Assembly: GCA_035390665.1 (NCBI GenBank)
Contig: DAOOUC010000002.1
Location: 30,001 to 62,000, forward strand
Length of the DNA stretch: 32,000 nt
Reading direction: 5' to 3'
Origin: an archaeon
Lineage (GTDB): Archaea > Iainarchaeota > Iainarchaeia > Iainarchaeales > CSSED10-239
Shown: in pieces, positions 26,534 to 32,000 of the stretch
How the letters are laid out: each line of letters opens with the position of its first letter
How positions within the stretch are numbered: the stretch's first letter is position 1
The notes under the pieces: generated by a model
Databases searched by the model: none
What the model was told of the DNA's origin: nothing
The model's input: only the letters and a program-made list of their open reading frames with translations
Position numbers and translations under genes: made by a program

Positions 26534-27175
26534 TTATTTTTTCTTTTTCTTGTAAATGTGATAAGAATATACAAATATTATTACAACTGAACCTAATAAT
26601 GTAATCATAAAAATTATTGCAAAGTGTTTTAAATAAAATATACTTGTAAGTAATAGAATTCCTAATATTATGAAAACTTTGCTTGCAAATACATGGGTCT
26701 TTTCCCAAGTTTCTTGATCTAAAAGAGTCCAAGGAGTTCTTATTCCAAAAAATGGATTTCTTGTCTTTACATTTTTTAATATTATTCCAAGAGCAATCAA
26801 TAATGCAGAAGTTGCAGGAATCATAAAGTAACTCATATTGAATTTAATTCCCATATTATAAATCAAAGACAAAATAGATATAAAAAATAAAAATAAAATA
26901 GACATTGTAATTGTTGTACTAAGTTGTTTACCTATTTCTTTTTGCTTGAAGTATTCTGTTCTAGAAAATACACTATAAATAATTAAAACAAAAAAAAAGA
27001 AAAAAGGCATAATTAATACACCAAATAATTTTGGAGAAAAATCATCAGCTATACCTTGTGCATTCCAATGTGTTGCAATCTGTTCTGGAAGTTGAGGATA
27101 AATAATAGCTGCAATAATTAAATAAATAATTGTTAAAATCAAGATTATTATTTCTGTTTTTTTAAGTTTAATCAT
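26534..27175 (-). CDS. SdpI/DUF1648 family membrane protein
   Basis: LPEQIATHWNAQGIADDFSPK, NPFFGIRTPWTLLDQETWEKTHVFASKV; start inferred at MIKLKKTEII (27175). Confidence 0.85.
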   Translation of the reverse strand: MIKLKKTEIIILILTIIYLIIAAIIYPQLPEQIATHWNAQGIADDFSPKLFGVLIMPFFFFFVLIIYSVFSRTEYFKQKEIGKQLSTTITMSILFLFFISILSLIYNMGIKFNMSYFMIPATSALLIALGIILKNVKTRNPFFGIRTPWTLLDQETWEKTHVFASKVFIILGILLLTSIFYLKHFAIIFMITLLGSVVIIFVYSYHIYKKKKK

Positions 27176-27227
27176 AATATCACATAAAATAAAAAGATAA
27201 TAAATATTATAAATTGTTGTTTCTTTA

Positions 27228-29000
27228 ATGTTTATGATGAAAATTAAAGTTTTAATATTATTGGCAATATTATTAATCAATCCAATATTTGCAGAAGAAA
27301 ACGACAATAGTTTAGAGTTTTCAGCAATGAAAACTAAATATATCTCAATGGATTTAAATATAACTATGCCAATTTATGTTTCAGGGTATACAGAAAATTC
27401 AGAATTTACATATAAAACCGCAATTTTTTCAAATTATAAAACCCAAACAGTAGATATAGAAGCATATTATTTTGATGAGAACAATAATAAAATTCTTGCA
27501 GAAATAATTAACGAAAATGGGAATCGTTATGCTATATTTAAAGTTAAACCAGTAACTAAGACAGAATATTTATTTTATATTTCTGGTTCAATTGTTTCAG
27601 AAAATAAAACAACATTAAATAATCAAGACCACAATTTAAATCAAGAAATACTTGAAGAAAAAGAATATACATTATCATCTAGATTTATACAATCAAATTC
27701 TTTAGAAATAAAAACGATTGCTAAATATTTAAAACAATCAGAAGATGCAATTGAAAATCTAGTAAATGTAACTAATTGGGTGCATGATTATTTAGAATAT
27801 GATAATAGTTACATAGAAGAAGTAATAGATTCAAAAACCATCTTAAGTGAAAAAAAAGGAGTATGTGATGAATTTGCAATACTTGAAGCAGCAATTTTAA
27901 GAGCACAAGGATATCCTGTAAAATATGTTGTAGGGTATGCAAATACAAGCCAAGAGTGGGGACCACACGCCTGGTTAGAAGTGTATATACCTAATCAAGG
28001 CTGGATTCCAGTAGATCCTACATATAACGAAGTTGGTTTTGTAGATTCTAGCCACATAGTTTTAGAAAAATTAAAAGATCCTGTTGAATCTAAAGACAGT
28101 GTAACTTCTACAAGCAATATTGAAATTGCTTTTGGAAATAAAACCCACAATTTCAAACACAATGAAACAAGAAATTATCAAGATTCAGGATATGAAAATA
28201 TAATAAAGATGTCTATGATTTTTAATAAAGACAATTTGTCTTCAAGTCCTTTTAATGTAAAATTAAATTTAATAAATACAACCTCAAGCCCAGTAGCTGT
28301 TCTTGTTGTAAGTCAAATTTCTCAAGACTTTAATCAAATTTATCCAAATTCTAGAAAAAAAATATATTATCTTAAAGGGTTTGAAGAAAAGAATGTTGAT
28401 TATTTTTTTATTTTGCCAAGTGTAGATAATTCCTATAGTTATAGTTTTGGATTTTCGTCTCAATTAAATGATATAGAAGATTTTGTAAATATTCATAAAA
28501 ATAAAGGAATCTATCAGGAATTATTTTTAGCAAATAATCCAATAATATTTTTTAAAGACAATTATTTTTATTTTGAACAAGATTTCTTCAATTATTCTAA
28601 TAAAGATAAAAACATAAATTTTAATTTTGATTATAATGGAGATAAGACAAGCAAACAAATTATTATTCAAAAAAATAATACAACAAAATACACAGTAACA
28701 TTTCCTATACTAGAAGATGCAAATTTTAATTATTTAATTTCTGGAGATTATAGTTTTTCCGGACAAACCTTTTTTTATAAAGAACACGAAGAAATAATCT
28801 CTGAAACAGAAGAAGAATTAATCGATAGCAATGTTGAAGACGTAAATAATTATGAAAAGATATTTAATAATATAGATAAGAACAGAATCGAAGAAAAATC
28901 AAAATTGAATTATGTGTCTATTGTTTTTATTGTTTTGTTTATGATCTTTATTGTATACTTGTTTGTTATGAAAAGCATAAAAAGTAATGGATTACAATAA
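27228..29000 (+). CDS. Secreted, C-terminally anchored transglutaminase-like protein
   Basis: N-terminal signal-like segment; catalytic-type motifs GVCDEFAIL, GPHAWLEVYI, VDPTYNEVG; C-terminal TM IVFIVLFMIFIVYLFVM. Confidence 0.85.
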   Translation: MFMMKIKVLILLAILLINPIFAEENDNSLEFSAMKTKYISMDLNITMPIYVSGYTENSEFTYKTAIFSNYKTQTVDIEAYYFDENNNKILAEIINENGNRYAIFKVKPVTKTEYLFYISGSIVSENKTTLNNQDHNLNQEILEEKEYTLSSRFIQSNSLEIKTIAKYLKQSEDAIENLVNVTNWVHDYLEYDNSYIEEVIDSKTILSEKKGVCDEFAILEAAILRAQGYPVKYVVGYANTSQEWGPHAWLEVYIPNQGWIPVDPTYNEVGFVDSSHIVLEKLKDPVESKDSVTSTSNIEIAFGNKTHNFKHNETRNYQDSGYENIIKMSMIFNKDNLSSSPFNVKLNLINTTSSPVAVLVVSQISQDFNQIYPNSRKKIYYLKGFEEKNVDYFFILPSVDNSYSYSFGFSSQLNDIEDFVNIHKNKGIYQELFLANNPIIFFKDNYFYFEQDFFNYSNKDKNINFNFDYNGDKTSKQIIIQKNNTTKYTVTFPILEDANFNYLISGDYSFSGQTFFYKEHEEIISETEEELIDSNVEDVNNYEKIFNNIDKNRIEEKSKLNYVSIVFIVLFMIFIVYLFVMKSIKSNGLQ

Positions 29001-29041
29001 CAACCATTTATAAACTTTTTTTAATATTTATTATATATTAT

Positions 29042-29113
29042 ACGCCTGTAGTATAGTGGTTAGTATGGGAGCTTGCCAAGCTTTCGGCTCGGGTTCGAAT
29101 CCCGGCAGGCGTA
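29042..29113 (+). tRNA. tRNA-Gly (GCC anticodon)
   Basis: Acceptor ACGCCTG/CAGGCGT, anticodon arm ggagc-ttGCCaa-gcttt, T arm tcggg-ttcgaat-cccgg. Confidence 0.9.
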
Positions 29114-29127
29114 CTTTTTTGATTAAT

Positions 29128-29442
29128 ATGACTGAGACTAAAGATAGTTTAAAGAAAAGATTTTTCTATTTGATTGATTTTGCTATTTCTGAATATCGCA
29201 ATAAAAATGGAAATCCATATATAAAAGAATATATTGAATTAGCATTTGAGATTTCAAAAAAAATAAATTATAGAGTGTCTAAAGATGTACATTTAATGGT
29301 TTGTAAATATTGTTTTTCAGTAAGAGATTCAAAAAATACGAAAATTAGAACTATAACAGAAATTAAGAATCACAAAAAACAAAAATACATAAAAATTCAT
29401 TGTTTAAATTGTAATAATATAAAAAAAATAAATATAAAATAG
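29128..29442 (+). CDS. rnp4: RNase P protein component 4 (Rpr2/Rpp21-like)
   Basis: Two CxxC pairs (CKYC, CLNC) after a helical region. Track start 29056 lies in tRNA-Gly; ATG 29128 preferred. Confidence 0.65.
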   Translation: MTETKDSLKKRFFYLIDFAISEYRNKNGNPYIKEYIELAFEISKKINYRVSKDVHLMVCKYCFSVRDSKNTKIRTITEIKNHKKQKYIKIHCLNCNNIKKINIK

Positions 29443-29450
29443 AGATAATT

Positions 29451-30158
29451 ATGGCATTACAAAAACGACCACTAAAAAGAATAAAACCTAGAGAAAAAAC
29501 AACACAGGAAAAAGTAGAAATTATTAGAAGAAAGTTATCTGTGCCCTTAGAAATTAAAGATGTAAATCAAATAAAAAAAATAAATTTGGTTTTTGAAGAA
29601 ACAAAATCCCAGATTAATAAATTAAGAGAAATTAAAGACCCAGTTAAAGAAAAAGAACTAAGATACAGAATTTTCTTAGAATTTGAAAAAAAAATGAAAG
29701 CATTGGGTTCTTCTTTAAGTTTTCAAAAAATAAAAGGTAGCGAAAAATCAGCAGCAGATAAATTTTATACACTAATTGCAAGAGATTATTATAATCACAC
29801 TACAAAAGCAATGACTTCTGCAAAAATAGGAAATCTAATGGTTCAGATTAAAAGAAAATTAAAAAGCCCACTTCATCCAAAAAAAATTAAAGAGTATATG
29901 GAAAGATGTTATTATGAATCCATGTTTTTTATTCAAGGAGAAGCTGTAGAAAATAGTTTTAAGCGTCTCGAAATAAGATTGGGGGATATTCCTTCTGAAA
30001 TTAAAACAACTGTTGCTAATTTTTTAGTTAAAGAATATATGGCTGGATATGATAAACAAGTAAAAGAATATAGGGACACAAAAAAAGTAGAAAGTGATAT
30101 TGTTGCAAATGCTTATGCTAATCTTGCAATAAGAATATCATTTTTAGAAATGTTATAA
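29451..30158 (+). CDS. Hypothetical basic helical protein
   Basis: ATG to TAA, co-directional with the RNase P / ribosomal protein cluster; no domain recognised. Confidence 0.7.
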   Translation: MALQKRPLKRIKPREKTTQEKVEIIRRKLSVPLEIKDVNQIKKINLVFEETKSQINKLREIKDPVKEKELRYRIFLEFEKKMKALGSSLSFQKIKGSEKSAADKFYTLIARDYYNHTTKAMTSAKIGNLMVQIKRKLKSPLHPKKIKEYMERCYYESMFFIQGEAVENSFKRLEIRLGDIPSEIKTTVANFLVKEYMAGYDKQVKEYRDTKKVESDIVANAYANLAIRISFLEML

Positions 30159-30245
30159 AACAATAACTATTTAAATAAAACTACTCCATAATTATATTAT
30201 AATACTTGTTTTTAGACAAAATCTTTTGTCTATAAACCAGCAGAA

Positions 30246-30302
30246 ATGCGAAAAGATTTTTTTAAATGGCTTAAAATTTTTAAGTTGTTTAAAAGAGTAT
30301 AA
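30246..30302 (+). CDS. Possible 18-aa peptide upstream of the S19e gene
   Basis: ATG...TAA encodes MRKDFFKWLKIFKLFKRV; no SD seen; speculative. Confidence 0.2.
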   Translation: MRKDFFKWLKIFKLFKRV

Positions 30303-30329
30303 AAAACAAAACACTTTGAGGTGAATATT

Positions 30330-30887
30330 TTGGCAAATGTAAAAGACGTACCTGCACAAGTTATGATAGCAGAGATCGCAAAAGATTTAAAAAATAACAA
30401 AAAAGTAAAAGTTCCAGATTTTGCAAAATTTGTAAAAACAGGATGTAGTAGAGAAAAAGCCCCACAAGATAGAGATTGGTGGTTTGTAAGAATGGCATCT
30501 ATTCTAAGAAAAGTTGCAATTAATGATAAAACGACAGTTAATTCTTTAAGAACCTATTATGGTGGAAGAAAAAACCGAGGAGTAAAGCCAGAAGAATTTA
30601 GAAAAGCTGGTGGAAAGATAATTAGAGTTTGTTTACAGGATTTAGAAAAATTAGGCCTTGTAAGTAAATCAGATGAAAAAAAAGGAAGAATAATTACTCC
30701 CGTAGGTCAAAAATATCTAGATAAGATGGCAACAGAAATCTTAAAAGACTTTGATAAATATAAGATTGTTAAGAAAGAAAAAGAAATTGTTATGACAAAA
30801 GAAACAAAATCTGAAAATACTTCTGAGAAATCAAAAGGAAAGAAGCCACAGAAGAAAAAAACAGAAGAAAGTGAGAGTGAAGAATAA
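30330..30887 (+). CDS. rps19e: Ribosomal protein S19e with charged C-terminal tail
   Basis: ANVKDVPAQVMIAEIAKDLKN...VKTGCSREKAPQDRDWWFVRMASILRKVAIN...YGGRKNRGVKPEEFRKAGGKIIR. SD gaggtg favours TTG 30330 over the track's GTG 30321. Confidence 0.95.
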   Translation: MANVKDVPAQVMIAEIAKDLKNNKKVKVPDFAKFVKTGCSREKAPQDRDWWFVRMASILRKVAINDKTTVNSLRTYYGGRKNRGVKPEEFRKAGGKIIRVCLQDLEKLGLVSKSDEKKGRIITPVGQKYLDKMATEILKDFDKYKIVKKEKEIVMTKETKSENTSEKSKGKKPQKKKTEESESEE

Positions 30888-31201
30888 TGGCAAGAACAAA
30901 AACCAGAGAAAAGAAAGAATTTTTAATTGCTCAAAGAGATAAGGTTGGTCCAGGTTACTTAAATACTCCTGTTTGGATTATTCAAAAAGCAGGTAAAAGA
31001 ATTTGGAATAGAAGACAAAAAAGAAACTGGAAACAAACAGAATTTGGAGCAGAGTTTGAAAAATTACAATTAAAGAAGAAAGATGCTGTTTTAAAAATTA
31101 AAAGAACAAGCGGAAAGAGAGTAAAGACAGCAAGAAGAGTTGTAAAGAAAACAAGAAATACAACAGTTGTAAGAAATCCAATAAAAAAGAAGAAAAAGTG
31201 A
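30887..31201 (+). CDS. rpl39e: Ribosomal protein L39e with basic C-terminal extension
   Basis: NTPVWIIQKAGKRIWNRRQKRNWKQTEFG core in S19e-L39e-L31e-aIF6 context. Confidence 0.8.
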   Translation: MARTKTREKKEFLIAQRDKVGPGYLNTPVWIIQKAGKRIWNRRQKRNWKQTEFGAEFEKLQLKKKDAVLKIKRTSGKRVKTARRVVKKTRNTTVVRNPIKKKKK

Positions 31202-31213
31202 GTGTGATATTTT

Positions 31214-31648
31214 ATGCCATGTGAAAACTATATTATACCTTTACAAAAGGTATATGATAATAAACCAAGAACCAGAAGAGCAAATAATGCTATTACTGTG
31301 ATTTATGATTTCTTTAAGAAACATACAAGAAAAGACAAGAAAGACATTATTATTTCTTCAGAGGTTAATGAATATATTTGGCAAAATAGTATTCAAAACC
31401 CTCCAAGAAAAGTTGCAGTTAGTATTAAGATAGATAACGGAAAGGTCTATGTCTTTTTAAAAGACTCTAAAGCTTTTAAGGAATTTGGCAAAGCTCCTGA
31501 GAAAAAAGAAAAGATTTCAAAAGCAAAAACAACAGAAGAAACAAAACCAGTAGCTGAAAAAAAAGAAGAAAAAGCAGTAACTGAAAAGAAAGAATCAAAA
31601 CCTGTTGTAGAAAAGAAAGAAACAAAACCTAAAGTAAAAAAGGAATAG
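31214..31648 (+). CDS. rpl31e: Ribosomal protein L31e with Lys/Glu-rich C-terminal tail
   Basis: NYIIPLQKVYDNKPRTRRANNAITVIYDFFKKHTRKDKKDIIISSEVNEYIWQNSIQNPPRKVAVSI. Confidence 0.93.
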   Translation: MPCENYIIPLQKVYDNKPRTRRANNAITVIYDFFKKHTRKDKKDIIISSEVNEYIWQNSIQNPPRKVAVSIKIDNGKVYVFLKDSKAFKEFGKAPEKKEKISKAKTTEETKPVAEKKEEKAVTEKKESKPVVEKKETKPKVKKE

Positions 31649-31650
31649 AA

Positions 31651-32000
31651 ATGAAATTTGATAGATCTACAATTTACAATTCTTCTTTTTTAAATATTTA
31701 TGCATATTGTACAGAGAAGATTTGTGTTGTACCAAATAGTATTCTTCCAAAAGAAGAAAGAAAGATTGAAGAAATTCTAGATGTAAAAGTTGTTAAAACA
31801 CATATCAATCGTTCTTCTCTTATTGGAGTTTATCTTTCTGGTGTTGGAAATAAAGTTATTGTAGAAAAAAATAGCATCTATCCTGAAGAAATAGAAATTC
31901 TGGAAAAAGAAGGAATAAAAGTTAAAACATTAAGTAATCCAGATAATGCTTTTGGTAATCTTCTAGCTATTAATTCAAATTATGGTTTTGCAAGTCCTTT
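31651..32000 (+). CDS. eif6: Translation initiation factor aIF6, truncated by window end
   Basis: MKFDRSTIYNSSFLNIYAYCTEKICVVPNSILP...THINRSSLIGVYLSGVGNKVIVEKNSIYPEEIEILEKEGIKVKTLSNPDNAFGNLLAINSNYGFASP; expected downstream of L31e. Confidence 0.92.
   Translation, partial: MKFDRSTIYNSSFLNIYAYCTEKICVVPNSILPKEERKIEEILDVKVVKTHINRSSLIGVYLSGVGNKVIVEKNSIYPEEIEILEKEGIKVKTLSNPDNAFGNLLAINSNYGFASP

Noticed and set aside
26499-26732. Minus-strand ORF containing MQETGFEPAKH
   Set aside because: Complement of the class II tRNA T arm plus antisense of the SdpI-like gene region.

Overview
This 32 kb AT-rich window looks archaeal. The content is mostly translation and information processing: group II chaperonin, archaeal DnaG, Hjc, Kae1, Pth2, RNase P p21-like protein, S19e/L39e/L31e and the start of aIF6. 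Gene content and small gene size suggest a reduced, DPANN-like lineage (inference only). I support about 30 protein genes and 7 tRNA genes: Gln-UUG, Ile-GAU, Ile-UAU, Asn-GUU, Val-UAC, a class II tRNA read as Leu-AAG, and Gly-GCC. The ORF track missed two edge-truncated genes and several ORFs under 60 aa. I see no CRISPR array, transposon, phage module or obvious defence island. The observations most worth checking are: (1) the same hairpin architecture (6-bp stem, 8-nt A[G/C]CG[A/C]AAC loop, single T) directly before both tRNA-Asn and the class II tRNA, each within a larger structured, possibly non-coding segment; (2) an asnS / tRNA-Asn / asnA cluster in which asnA lacks a conventional start for its conserved N-terminus; (3) a tRNA-Ile with a genomically encoded UAU anticodon, sharing a U6:U67 mismatch with tRNA-Ile(GAU); (4) a class II tRNA with anticodon AAG (A34), unusual for archaea; (5) a four-hairpin intergenic region between ileS and asnS; (6) tandem palindromes upstream of an AAA/DUF4143-type ATPase; (7) two adjacent hyper-acidic mini-proteins; (8) an apparent frameshift at an A8 run; (9) a divergent histone-fold-like gene next to the thermosome. 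Functional claims are inferences from sequence read without tools.
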